Shown here: in pieces, positions 18,800 through 29,900 of the stretch
Layout: every line of letters begins with the position of its first letter
Numbering within the stretch: position 1 is the stretch's first letter
IMG/VR virus record: IMGVR_UViG_3300028423_000904
Location: 27,540 to 91,539 of that record
From: a virus
Length of the DNA: 64,000 nucleotides
Reading direction: 5' to 3' (one strand)
Notes under the pieces: model-generated
The model's input: only the letters and a program-made list of their open reading frames with translations
What the model was told of the DNA's origin: nothing
The model's database searches: none
Made by a program: the position numbers and the translations under genes

Positions 18800-19780
18800 T
18801 CAGTCTCGGGTTTGAAACCCGAGCTCTGCGGCTTTAGCTTCTGAAATGGTCCAAGCTGAACCTGTATCAGGATTGGTTGTAAATATTTCTTTAAATGGTT
18901 TTCGTACCATTTCAACGGTTTGATCAGAACCAAATCCGTCTGTGGTTCCAGAACGAACTACGTGTCTTAGGTTCTTGCCCGCGTCGGCACCTTTAAAAGC
19001 TCTTACACTGCTACATACTGCTAACACGTCATACCCTGTATCAAAGTCTGTTGTAAGCGTGGGTTGGGTATATGTTTGTCGTTGTCCTGTGGTGTCTGAC
19101 TCTACAAAGGTAGAATCGCTTACATCCACACTGTCAAATTGAGTATAGTCTCCACCTGCCCACTCTGTATATGTTCCATCAGCCGCAGGCCATGTTTGGA
19201 TGTATTGCATATCTAGGGTAGGCTCATCAGCAATGATGACGGCAGATTGGATACAGTATCCACCGCCACCCCACGAGCCTACACGGAATTGTGTGGTTCC
19301 AGTGCGGGTGCCACTGGCCGAAGTATCACCACGGAAGTTATTTCCATACGGAGATCCATTCTTATACAGGTCTATTGCGCCATAGGTCGGATCAATCTTG
19401 AATCTAAAATCCCACCTTGCACGGCTTGTAAAGTTGCCGCCCCATGAACCCAGCAACTCACGCCATGTAGATCCATCATACCAGTCAAAATCGATATTGG
19501 ACCAGCTATTATAATTTTTGACCATACGAAAAATTGCATCTCCATTATCATCATATATAACGATAATTGTTCCGCTAGCGTCGTCCTCTTGCATTCTCAT
19601 GTAAAAGCTTACCCACACTTCTGATGTATTTGTCCAGGTCAAATACGCTAATGGTGATCTGTTACGAGTAATGAGTCCACGACGCACATATGGTGCTATA
19701 CTGGTTGTGGTGTCGCCAGTTTGGTTGGGATCACCTTCATAAAACTCTGTTACACTTGTGCCGTATTGCAATATAGCCAT
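18800..19780 (-). CDS. Virion appendage family A paralogue 1 (lectin-like beta-sandwich plus conserved C-domain)
   Basis: MAILQYGTS start; QT.P...G.Y..W, RSGTTDG, NP.TG..WT...AKAAE.G. Confidence 0.8.
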   Translation of the reverse strand: MAILQYGTSVTEFYEGDPNQTGDTTTSIAPYVRRGLITRNRSPLAYLTWTNTSEVWVSFYMRMQEDDASGTIIVIYDDNGDAIFRMVKNYNSWSNIDFDWYDGSTWRELLGSWGGNFTSRARWDFRFKIDPTYGAIDLYKNGSPYGNNFRGDTSASGTRTGTTQFRVGSWGGGGYCIQSAVIIADEPTLDMQYIQTWPAADGTYTEWAGGDYTQFDSVDVSDSTFVESDTTGQRQTYTQPTLTTDFDTGYDVLAVCSSVRAFKGADAGKNLRHVVRSGTTDGFGSDQTVEMVRKPFKEIFTTNPDTGSAWTISEAKAAELGFQTRD

Positions 19781-19789
19781 GGTATTTCC

Positions 19790-20773
19790 TTATAGTCTAA
19801 CCTGGAAACCCAATTCAGCATTTTTTGCATCAGCAAGTGTCCAAGCAACACCTGTGGCTGGGTCTGTTTCGAATATTTCTTTGAGTGGTTTTTTGACTAA
19901 TGATACTGTTTGGTCTGAACCAAATCCGTCTGAGGTTCCTGAACGAACCATATGCCTGATATTATTTCCAGAATCAGCGCCTTTGAATGTTCTAGTCGTC
20001 TGACATAGAGCAGAAACGTCATAACCAAAATCAAAATCAGTGGTGACAGTTGGCAAGGTATATGTGTATCTGTCTCCGTTATTTTGTCCTTCAATTAAAT
20101 CAATATCATCTATACCCACTTCGTCAATTGCGGTGTAATCGCCACCTGCCCATTCAGTATATGTTCCATCTGTTGCTGGCCAGGTTTGAAGGTAGTGCAT
20201 ATTTAATGTAGGCTCATCAGCAATGATAACGGCTGAAATAACATAATATCCTTCACCACCCCATGATCCGATTCGGAAGGAATTCAATCCAGATCGCGCC
20301 CCACCATTTGTGGTGTCTCCTGGACGATGGTCGACTTCAAGCCTGCCGTCTTTGTAGATATCAAATGCACCATCAACTGCATCAATTTTGCATCTAAAAT
20401 CCCAGCGCGTTCTAGTTTCATAACTACTATCACCCCAGCTGCTTTTGACATCAGTCCAAGATGAACCATCATAATATTCAAAGTCAATATTACCAGTTGA
20501 ATTCCAATTTTTTTGTAATCTGAAAAAAGGTGTGTCGTCATTAGCATAAACAACAACAAAGTCGCCATTGTTATCATCCAACCTACCACGTAAATAGAAG
20601 CTTACCCAAACTTCTGACGTGCTGGTCCAGTTTAGATAAGCAAGGGGCGAATTACTATATATAACCGTACCACGTCTAACATATGGAGCATCACTTGTTG
20701 TAGTATCATTTGAAGAGTTGGGAATACCGTCATAAAATTCTGATACACTTGTGCCAAATTGTAAAATAGCCAT
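19790..20773 (-). CDS. Family A paralogue 2
   Basis: Same family motifs. Confidence 0.8.
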   Translation of the reverse strand: MAILQFGTSVSEFYDGIPNSSNDTTTSDAPYVRRGTVIYSNSPLAYLNWTSTSEVWVSFYLRGRLDDNNGDFVVVYANDDTPFFRLQKNWNSTGNIDFEYYDGSSWTDVKSSWGDSSYETRTRWDFRCKIDAVDGAFDIYKDGRLEVDHRPGDTTNGGARSGLNSFRIGSWGGEGYYVISAVIIADEPTLNMHYLQTWPATDGTYTEWAGGDYTAIDEVGIDDIDLIEGQNNGDRYTYTLPTVTTDFDFGYDVSALCQTTRTFKGADSGNNIRHMVRSGTSDGFGSDQTVSLVKKPLKEIFETDPATGVAWTLADAKNAELGFQVRL

Positions 20774-20782
20774 TTTATTTCC

Positions 20783-21772
20783 TTAAATTCTGATTTGAAA
20801 CCCGAGCTCTGCGGCCTTGGCTTCTGATATTGTCCAAGGAGAACCAGTAGCAGGATTTACTGTGAATATTTGTTTGTATGGTTTCTTAATTAGAGATAGT
20901 TCTTCTTTTTGACTGAAATCATCCGTAGTTCCAGAACGTACCATGTGACGAAAATTTTTACCATCAACGTTCTTTTTATCTGCTCTTACCGTTTGACATA
21001 CTGCAACGACTTTGTGTCCGATATCGAAATTGTTTGTAAGTGTGGGCAAAGTGTATGTATATCTGGTATCAGTGTCTTCTGATTTAAGAGAATCGGTATC
21101 ATCAATACCAGTTTCGTCAATGGCTGTGAAATCTCCATTACCCCATTCAGTGTATGTTCCGTCAGCCGCAGGCCACGTTTGTAGGTATTGCATATTAAGC
21201 GTTGGTTCGTCTGCAACAATAAGAGCAGAAATCGTGTACCATCCTTCAGCACCTGCAAAGCTTCCGATCCGGAATGAATTAAGTCCAGTCCTTGCTCCGC
21301 CATTTGTTGTATCACCTGGTAAATATTCTGCATCAAGAAAACCGTTTTTGTAGATACTCACTCCGCCATCAACCGCATCTACTTTGAAACGCATATCCCA
21401 TCTCACAGTGGTATACCAGTTTGTATGACCCCAACTGCTTTTAAAATCTGTATAGCTGTTGCCATCATTATATTCAAAGTCAATATTGGTCACTGAGTTA
21501 TTAACTTTTTCCATACGAAAGAATACACTATCGTCATCACCATAAACAACTACAATACTTCCGTAATTGTCATCAAGATAACCTCTCATGTAAAATGTAA
21601 TCCATACTTCGGGTGTTGACTCCCAGTTAATGTATGCGAGTGGTGTGCTTCTATACATTAGTGTTGATTTTCGAGTATACGGAGCCTTGCCATTGTCATG
21701 ATCAATTGCACCGCCTGTATCGTCACCCTCAAAAAATTCTGTAATACTGTTAGCATATTGAAGAATGGCCAT
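20783..21772 (-). CDS. Family A paralogue 3
   Basis: Same family motifs; late promoter at 21791-21798. Confidence 0.8.
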   Translation of the reverse strand: MAILQYANSITEFFEGDDTGGAIDHDNGKAPYTRKSTLMYRSTPLAYINWESTPEVWITFYMRGYLDDNYGSIVVVYGDDDSVFFRMEKVNNSVTNIDFEYNDGNSYTDFKSSWGHTNWYTTVRWDMRFKVDAVDGGVSIYKNGFLDAEYLPGDTTNGGARTGLNSFRIGSFAGAEGWYTISALIVADEPTLNMQYLQTWPAADGTYTEWGNGDFTAIDETGIDDTDSLKSEDTDTRYTYTLPTLTNNFDIGHKVVAVCQTVRADKKNVDGKNFRHMVRSGTTDDFSQKEELSLIKKPYKQIFTVNPATGSPWTISEAKAAELGFQIRI

Positions 21773-21793
21773 GTCTTTATCCTTTACATGTAT

Positions 21794-23524
21794 TTACAAG
21801 GTTCCACTGTAAAGATCTGAAATTTCAGATCCGGTAAGTGGCCTTGCCCAGAGACGATATTGGTCAATCCAACCACTAAGTGGTTTGCTTGAAGTTCCCT
21901 GGTATGACCTTGGATGGTTACCAATGGTAATGTCACCACCAGCGGGGCGATTGTCTATGTCGGTTGATCCAACTTCAACATTATCCAGATAAATTTTGGT
22001 TATACCAGTATTTCCGCGTGTCACAACGACGTGATGCCATGTGTCTGCGGTAATGGTCCCAGTGCTAGAAACAGTTGTCCCGCCCTCTGAAACAAGCTCT
22101 AGGGTGTTGTCGCTGCGTATCTGCAAAACACGACCATTGTTAGAACCATTCTGGCTTGACCAGACGATCTGCTCCTGTCCTAAGCTTCCTGATGGTATTT
22201 TAACCCAAGTTGATGTAGCAAAAGTTTCACTTTCAACGAGAACATCAGACGATCCAGTCAATTCTATATCACCCCCAGCAAAGAACATAGATCCATTATC
22301 GTTTACGCCTCGCTCGAACAGTGGATATTCCTCTCTTACATTTTCAGCACCTCCTACCCATACTGGACCAAATTTTGTGCCATTTGTTGCTGACCCTGAG
22401 TCATCTGTCACAGTGTCACCATATACAAGGAAATAATCAGTGAACACTGTGTCACGAGGAACCGTTGTTTCATAATATGCAATCCATGCATCACCACCAA
22501 GGGCAGGTCCATCAAATACAGCATCACCATAGATACCGTTTAGGTCGTGTGGCCCTGACACGGTCCCTGTTCCAGGATACAAATCAATAAAAGCATATGG
22601 TGTTGCGCCTGTGGCGACTAGTATGTTTTCTTCATTACTTCCAGTAAACCCACCCAAAACATTTCGTCCTGTCCATTCATATCTGTCGCCATTTTTGGTA
22701 ATCCATATTGGAATATCCACTGTGCTATCTGATGAAAAATCATAATCAAGACTTGGTGATGCTACAATGGCAACATCATTTGTTAAGTCAGAAACATCAC
22801 TCGATGTAAGTTCTGTTCCAGTCCAAATTTTTAGATCCGTAATAATTTGCGAACCATAAGCAACACGATCGTTTGTGCCGTCACCACTTCCTTTGAGTGT
22901 TGCTCCAATCTCAAATTGTGCAGCTAGACCAGTATCAGGGTGTTGAGCACTGGAGAAGCTATCAGTGCCCAAGAGAACGTCGTTGAAGTAGAATGAAACA
23001 TTGTTGGAAGCATCTGCTGTTATAGTGTATCTACCACCATCGCCATGAGCTTGGTCAGCATTTGCACCTGAAGGTGTTAGTTGTGATTCGGCTTGCCCTT
23101 CAGCCCCCACATACATTACCGGTTTTCCTGTTGTGCGGTCTACATCAAAACGCAAAACATCCCAATTTGAGGTTGCAGATGTATTTGCAAATGCACCCAA
23201 AATAACAGAGTTTTTGCTTGGGTCTTCTCCAGGGTAGATCACAGTTGAAATACTCCAGGCAGTATCTTTTGGCAATAGTGTCGAAAGACTGACAGGCACT
23301 TGCATATAATCATCAGTGCCATCATAATACAGTCCAGTGCTGAACAAGGTAGGTTTCACTTGTGAAGCGGAACCTGCTCTATTTGCTGTTAATAAATTGT
23401 CAGCACTGTTGGTTACTGAATCACCATCCGCCGAATCCAGTGACAAGATAAAAACTTCTTCACTTCCAAAGCTTCTGTCACTGCCTGATATCAGACCGCC
23501 ATCTTGTATCATTCCTGGTAGCAT
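21794..23524 (-). CDS. LamG/concanavalin-like fibre tip protein (T3)
   Basis: YDGTDDY; WHHVVVT..; GWIDQYRLWARPLT.SEI..LY; N-terminus MLPGMI. Confidence 0.75.
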   Translation of the reverse strand: MLPGMIQDGGLISGSDRSFGSEEVFILSLDSADGDSVTNSADNLLTANRAGSASQVKPTLFSTGLYYDGTDDYMQVPVSLSTLLPKDTAWSISTVIYPGEDPSKNSVILGAFANTSATSNWDVLRFDVDRTTGKPVMYVGAEGQAESQLTPSGANADQAHGDGGRYTITADASNNVSFYFNDVLLGTDSFSSAQHPDTGLAAQFEIGATLKGSGDGTNDRVAYGSQIITDLKIWTGTELTSSDVSDLTNDVAIVASPSLDYDFSSDSTVDIPIWITKNGDRYEWTGRNVLGGFTGSNEENILVATGATPYAFIDLYPGTGTVSGPHDLNGIYGDAVFDGPALGGDAWIAYYETTVPRDTVFTDYFLVYGDTVTDDSGSATNGTKFGPVWVGGAENVREEYPLFERGVNDNGSMFFAGGDIELTGSSDVLVESETFATSTWVKIPSGSLGQEQIVWSSQNGSNNGRVLQIRSDNTLELVSEGGTTVSSTGTITADTWHHVVVTRGNTGITKIYLDNVEVGSTDIDNRPAGGDITIGNHPRSYQGTSSKPLSGWIDQYRLWARPLTGSEISDLYSGTL

Positions 23525-23536
23525 ACGGTATTCCTT

Positions 23537-25366
23537 TTATGAACGTGGATGCGGAGTTCTTGGTGGATCAAACGCCGCCGTATAAACTGGTTCGCCTGAA
23601 GTAAGACGAACATCTGAAATATATCCATCATACGGCGCAGGGCTTATTCCGCGGCCAATCCAAATTTGTTCACTGTCACCACCAAAGTTAAATCCACTAC
23701 TTGTAGTTTGAGCATCTACCTCTCCGTCAAAATAGAGTCGAATAGTTCCAGATTCTCTTACAAGAGCAACGTGGTGCCATGTTTCGTCTGTTACTGCACT
23801 GTCAAATGTAATGTTTGGGCCGCCGTTGGTTTGCAGTCTGATTCGTCTTCCATTACCCTGGTCGATAAGCAATCTCCAAGTATTATTGTTAAAGAAGTTA
23901 CTGTCATAATCACCTACAATTTGTGCAACACCTGATGTTGGTGCTGAGCTATCACGCCACACCCAAGCTTCAATACACAGATCTCCATTTCCCAGATATT
24001 GAGCAGGAAGTGCACCTCCAGGAGTATAAACCCGTGAATCACTTCCTGCTGTGAAATTACCGCTCTGTGCATCAGATAGAAGGAATGGATCATCATTTGT
24101 ATATGAGAACAACTGTGATGACATGCTGATACTGTTGTTACTATAATCAACGATATCACCATCCATCGGAACCAAGAGCACAACATTACTAAATGTTGGC
24201 TGTGGTGGCTCTTCAGCACCTGGCTCAATTCCGGTAATCGCATTGATAAAGATACGATCAGAAGTAAGTGCCTTATAGAAAAGTAGATCTTCAGCATTTG
24301 CAGTGGTTGAAAGAACAGGAGGGTTTCCTGCTGCAAACTCATATCCATATCCGTATGTAATAGTTCTGCTGCCTGTTCCGTCCTGAACAACACGTATATG
24401 TCCTGATTGACCTGGTTTTGCGTTTGATGGAGTTTCAAGTATACGATCGCCATCTAGTGTAATTGTAAAGTTTATTCCTGAACTCAAATCAAACGGAATT
24501 AACCCGCTGACATCGCTGAGTGTTTTTTCTTCAACTGAAGTCCATAGTTGATCAGTGCTAATCAATCTATCCGGGGTGTTGTCAAGATATTCGGCTTCTG
24601 TCGCTTCTGGCAAGTATGCAATACCAACCGTTCCGGAGGTGATGTCGTCACCTGAAACCGTTACACTGCCAGGAACATGTGTAATTGTAGCAACGCCGCC
24701 TACATCTGTTACTGTGATTTCTGCACCCACAAAATTAAGTGTGGAAGCTTCGGTAACAACGCCTGAGCCTTCTTCTTGAACATTTACACCTGATGTGAGA
24801 TTGAGTATCGTATTGTTATTTGCGTCGATTGTCTTATTGGTAAGTGTTTGTGTATCAGTCGTGCCAACAATATTGCCTGTAACACCATGAACACCAGATG
24901 TGGGGTTATCAACTTCTGATCCGTGTGCAAGGTTGCTAATTGAATTGTTGTCAGCATCAATTGTCTTGTTGGTAAGCGTTTGTGAATCTGACGTTCCAAC
25001 TACATCGCCAGTTGGCACACTTTTACCACTGTCAATAATTGTTGAAGCGCCCCATTCAACGAAATTGCCTGAAGCACCAGAAGGAGTTTCGGTTTCGCCA
25101 CCTACTTCGATCCACGTAGCAGCACCCGAAGCGTTGCCTGTGCAATAGTAAAGTTCATTCCCGTTCGTATCTAACCAAAAATCACCAATGTTATATGAGT
25201 CATCAGTTGCTAAAGGCGCCCTTGCAACAGTAGCGATAAATGAAACGCTGTCTGCAACGTTATCTAGTTGTGTTCTTAAATCACCCGCATCAATTTCTCC
25301 CACACCGTTTGTGGGAAATAATGCATCAGTCTGATTTCTAAAACTATCTGGATTTAATTTGGCCAT
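23537..25366 (-). CDS. Fibre protein B2 with QTLTNKT repeats and C-terminal LamG domain
   Basis: QTLTNKTIDA x2; DLSSGINF..TL.G.R.L..PSNAKPGQSG domain; WHHVALVR; GYISDVRLT. Confidence 0.75.
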   Translation of the reverse strand: MAKLNPDSFRNQTDALFPTNGVGEIDAGDLRTQLDNVADSVSFIATVARAPLATDDSYNIGDFWLDTNGNELYYCTGNASGAATWIEVGGETETPSGASGNFVEWGASTIIDSGKSVPTGDVVGTSDSQTLTNKTIDADNNSISNLAHGSEVDNPTSGVHGVTGNIVGTTDTQTLTNKTIDANNNTILNLTSGVNVQEEGSGVVTEASTLNFVGAEITVTDVGGVATITHVPGSVTVSGDDITSGTVGIAYLPEATEAEYLDNTPDRLISTDQLWTSVEEKTLSDVSGLIPFDLSSGINFTITLDGDRILETPSNAKPGQSGHIRVVQDGTGSRTITYGYGYEFAAGNPPVLSTTANAEDLLFYKALTSDRIFINAITGIEPGAEEPPQPTFSNVVLLVPMDGDIVDYSNNSISMSSQLFSYTNDDPFLLSDAQSGNFTAGSDSRVYTPGGALPAQYLGNGDLCIEAWVWRDSSAPTSGVAQIVGDYDSNFFNNNTWRLLIDQGNGRRIRLQTNGGPNITFDSAVTDETWHHVALVRESGTIRLYFDGEVDAQTTSSGFNFGGDSEQIWIGRGISPAPYDGYISDVRLTSGEPVYTAAFDPPRTPHPRS

Positions 25367-25408
25367 GCGTTGATCCTCTCCGTGTAATATTTATCGGATC
25401 AAGCAAAA

Positions 25409-26407
25409 TTAAGTTTCACCCTTGATGCCAAATTCAGCGGCTTTCGCATCAGCGACTGTCCATCCAAGTCCTGTACCAGGATCAGTTGTAAAAATTTCCT
25501 GGAAACCTTGTTTGGTTGTAGATATCGCTTGTTGAGCTCCTTCACCGTCGGTGGCATTTGAACGTGTAATTAGTCGTATATTTCCGAGAGGAGAGTCAAC
25601 TGAACCATTAAAGGCACGGGCCGTTACGCCCGTTCCAACAACCACATAACCACTATCAAAATCTGTTGTTAGTGTTCCTGCGGTGAATGTAGAGCGATGC
25701 CCATTCGTTTGTGTAGAGATCGTATCAGAATCATCAAAACCGAGCTCATCAATACTTGTATAATCGCCAGTCCAGTCGTTATATGTTCCATTGGCAGCTG
25801 GTTTGGTCTGAATGTAACGCATGTTCTGCGTAGGGCGTCCATCGGTCACCATGATTCCTGAATAACGCCCACGCCCACCATTTGGATCCAATCGTGGGTT
25901 AAGAGCACCAATACCAAGAGATCCTACTCCTGTTCTGCCACTGGTTCCAATAGTATCCCCACTGTAAGATGCATGTAATGATCCATTGTCATATACTTCG
26001 ATGGCACCAGTTGTTCCGTTTATAAGAATACGAATATCAATTCGTAAACGAGTATTCATTGGTCTCCAAGTGCTAGAAAATGTGTTCCATGCAGCACCGT
26101 CGTAATAATCACAACGAATGTTTGAATCTGGGTCATATTTGTAGATACGGAAAAGAGCACCACCACTATTGTCATAAACACTTATGATTGATCCATCAGT
26201 CCAGTAAACTTCAGGCATTCTAAAATCAAAAGCGATCCACGCTTCAGTTACCGGTGTCCAGCTTAAAATGCCTGTGGGGCTGTCTTTATTGGTTGCAATG
26301 CCTTCCTGACAGTATGGCGCAATATCTGTGGATGATGTGGTGGTCCCCGCATTTGCTGTGCCATCATAGATGTCATAAAATGTAGTTGCATAAGCGATTA
26401 GTGACAT
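25409..26407 (-). CDS. Family A paralogue 4
   Basis: Family motifs; late promoter 26432-26439. Confidence 0.8.
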   Translation of the reverse strand: MSLIAYATTFYDIYDGTANAGTTTSSTDIAPYCQEGIATNKDSPTGILSWTPVTEAWIAFDFRMPEVYWTDGSIISVYDNSGGALFRIYKYDPDSNIRCDYYDGAAWNTFSSTWRPMNTRLRIDIRILINGTTGAIEVYDNGSLHASYSGDTIGTSGRTGVGSLGIGALNPRLDPNGGRGRYSGIMVTDGRPTQNMRYIQTKPAANGTYNDWTGDYTSIDELGFDDSDTISTQTNGHRSTFTAGTLTTDFDSGYVVVGTGVTARAFNGSVDSPLGNIRLITRSNATDGEGAQQAISTTKQGFQEIFTTDPGTGLGWTVADAKAAEFGIKGET

Positions 26408-26441
26408 AACGGTTCCTTGAATTTTGTCATGTATTTATTGC

Positions 26442-26885
26442 TTAACCGACATCAGTATGTTTACCAACCATGTTCCATTTATCAGCGGAAATCTTGATAA
26501 TACTAACTAAAGAATTTTGACCAAATAATGCCGCGGATCCAGCTGACACATTGTTAAGTGTTACACCTGTATCAGCTGAAACAGTTGTTAGTCCTGCACC
26601 GTCTTGGATTATGGTAACCACTGTGCCAATTGGAAAAGCAACACTTGCATTCGCTGGAATAGTGATTGTGTTTGCACTGGCATTATTCATAACAACAATA
26701 TTGTTTAGATCAGAAAGCGCCAGCGTATAAGTGGCCCCAGTCTGTGTATTCACTGAATAGACATGAATATCTGCAATTTCTTGCAGAGTTGTCTGGCGAC
26801 TGTTCCCGCCCTGAACAATATGCACACTCTCTGTACCATCTAATGTGCCAGCATTTGTAAGATCAGTGATTCCTTTATTGGTCAT
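26442..26885 (-). CDS. Short fibre adaptor (K.ITDL anchor plus TYTL..SD domain)
   Basis: NKGITDLT...VQGGNSR; NTQTGATYTLALSD..MNNASANTITIP. Confidence 0.75.
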   Translation of the reverse strand: MTNKGITDLTNAGTLDGTESVHIVQGGNSRQTTLQEIADIHVYSVNTQTGATYTLALSDLNNIVVMNNASANTITIPANASVAFPIGTVVTIIQDGAGLTTVSADTGVTLNNVSAGSAALFGQNSLVSIIKISADKWNMVGKHTDVG

Positions 26886-26920
26886 TGGATATCCTTGTTA
26901 TGTAGTATTTATTCTAAATC

Positions 26921-29900
26921 CTAGTCAGGAAGTTTTCTTGAAATATAGTTATAAACCCACTCTCTTTCAGAAGTTCTTAATACACGATCAATAAAGATTA
27001 AGTTATAAATTCGTCCGCCTGGTGACATTCCAAAACTTTTTGATGGTCTATCAAAAAATGTCATTGCTCCTGTTGCATTACTTGCAGATGGTGTAAATGT
27101 TGAATCACCTGAATATATGTTAAATTGATTTGAATTTAAATGATATTCAGGATTGAAACCTTCTTGGTAGTATCCTTGTATAACATAATTTGATGTTGTG
27201 TCTGAAATTGTGTCAGACGTATACACATTAAATGTAGGATTTCCACTTGATCCTGAACTAACAAACCACCTCCAGGCATTATTTGAAGTTCCTGATCTAT
27301 CTTCAATACCAAAACTTGATCCAATCTCTGCTGTTGCCCAATCACCAGTAGAAAATATAGTACTAAGATTATTAGGATTTGTTGACCCGCTAGGACGTAT
27401 TGCTGCTGCAAATTCACTACCTGTTCCGTCATGGAGGAAATTAAATGAACTGTTATCTCCTGTGATATTACTCATATCAGCCCCTCCCCCTGTTTCAAGC
27501 CAGTATTTTCCATCACTTATTTTTAAAAGAGGTTTATCAGTTCCAGCCGGCCCACTTTGCATGTGGATCCCAGGAATCTCTTCAAGAGAAACATTATCCC
27601 ATTCTACCCAAGCACCATTAGTAGACATATTGCCATTAGATAAAATAAAATTTCCTGTTGTTGTAGGAGTTATAATGTATATATATGTCCCGATGCTTAG
27701 TGTTCCGCTAGTATCAGTGCCTCCAAATAAAAATCTAAAATTTGTTCCTGTGCTAGCTGCCACGATATCGAATTTAATAAGATATGGAACACCTATAGTT
27801 GGTGTAAAGTTGTCTAATATGGCATAACCGGCTGTTGCGTCTCCATTAGTAATTCGTAAACGACCATTTTCTTGTGATAAGTTTGATGCGGCATCACCAG
27901 GAATCCAACCTGATGTATCTGTGTCAAATGTTCCATTTGTTATTAACTCACCACTCCAATCATGTTGTTGTCCCTTATCAAGAATAATATGAACAGGATC
28001 ATCATTTGCAGAAACTTGTGTTCTTGCACCCTGCGATCCTGTGAACATCGTGCTTGTATCACTCGGGTCATACCATCTCATAACATCATTTGTGCTTAAA
28101 AGATTGTAAATTGTAATTGAAGTCCCTAGATTATAAAGATCTTTTACATCTGCAGGTGATAGTGCGTATTCATAGACACGAAAGTCGTCAATCCATCCTT
28201 GGAATTTTCGATCAAAAGTGGACTCGGGGGTATTGTCACCAATGGTTAAATCTGCTCCTGATGGACGATCATCCATAAGAGTGTTTGAATCAATTTCCTG
28301 ACCGTCAAGATAAAGTCGACCAGTTCCTCCGCGTTCTCTGACAAATACACAATGATACCATTTGCTTCCTCCTATTGGGTAGTCAGTTGTATCAAGTAGC
28401 AATTGACTTGATCCATTAGCAACACCCTGTAAAGTGTTATCACTCTCAATACGTAATCCTCTGCCTGTTCCAACGCCGCTTTGTGTTGACCAAAGAAACT
28501 GTCTTCTATTTAACCCAGCAGGGTCTAACCAAAACCATAATGATACAGAGACATCACCACTTTCAAGTAATCCGGTGGTATTACTAATTTGAATATGACT
28601 TTCTGCTGTGTCTGATGCTCCGTTGAAATGCAATGCTCCTTGGCTATCTATACTCGTTGGAATTGGGCTGTCTGGAATGATATCTGAAGCCATCCATAAT
28701 GCTCCAGAAATTGTGCCATTTCTATTATTGCCAGAAACATCAGTAACAGTTGAACCAGTGTTATCGTCAAAATTCATTTCAAGGGCTGGTGTATATGGAA
28801 CACCAGATCCTGATGAAAGGTCTGCTACTTCCTGGGCAGTGAATTCTGTTCCGTTGTAGATTGCAAGGTGAGTGATAATTTGGCTTCCGTAGCTAACACC
28901 ATCCGTACTGCCTCCGCCACCTCCATATGCAGTGGCACCAATTTCAAATTGATCTAATAGTCGTGTAGTTGGGTGATTAGCACTATCAAATGACCCAGTG
29001 CCTAATAATTCATTGCCATAATAGAAATTAATATTGTTCAATGCGTCGCAAGTAATAGTATAACGTCCAGGATCTCCTCCCCAGTGTACGGTATTCCCTG
29101 ATCCATCAATTGGAACAATCAATTCCTGTGCCTGTCCTTCACGAGCAATTAAGAATCTTGGCGCTCCTGAAGACGGATCGAAGTCAAAGCGAATAGCATC
29201 CCATAGAGCACCGGTTTGATTATATTGAGCGCCAAGTATAGTTCGATTACTAGCATCTACTGTATGACGAGGATAATATTCAAAAGTAACACTCCACGCA
29301 GTGTCTACAGGTATCAGTGTTGTTCCAAGATTAACTGGCACCCTTACATAATCATCTACCCCATCAAACCAAATACCATTTGTAAATGTTTCGGGAAATT
29401 CAATTTTTGACACATAACCGACACGTTCTGGTTGATATTCGTTATCAGATTCATTGATAACCAATACATTATCTATATTTTGCATGTTCATGTAAATGGT
29501 GTAATCATTTATACCTATAGAACTTGCTTCAACAATGCCGCCGTCTGAAATATCACCAGCCCATTGTCTAATTACACGCATGGTTCCGTTAAAATCACCA
29601 TTTGCTTGGCCACTTGTAGAACCTAGAGGAAATTCGCTGTTTGAAATTGACGGAAGTCCAGATGATATAGCTGTTTCTGTAGATCCGTTGATTGAAGTAT
29701 TGAGTTCGCTAGTTGTATTTCTCCATGCAACATTAAAGTCAGTAAAATAACCAGACTGTGGTCTAGCTGCGGGTGTATGTGTATAAACAGTTCCGCCTGC
29801 AACCAATTGTGTCTCCCAGGGAAGATCACCACCAAAATGTGTGCCTGTGTTTTCAGACCAACGTATGAGGTATCTGTTATTATTATCTACCCCGTTATTC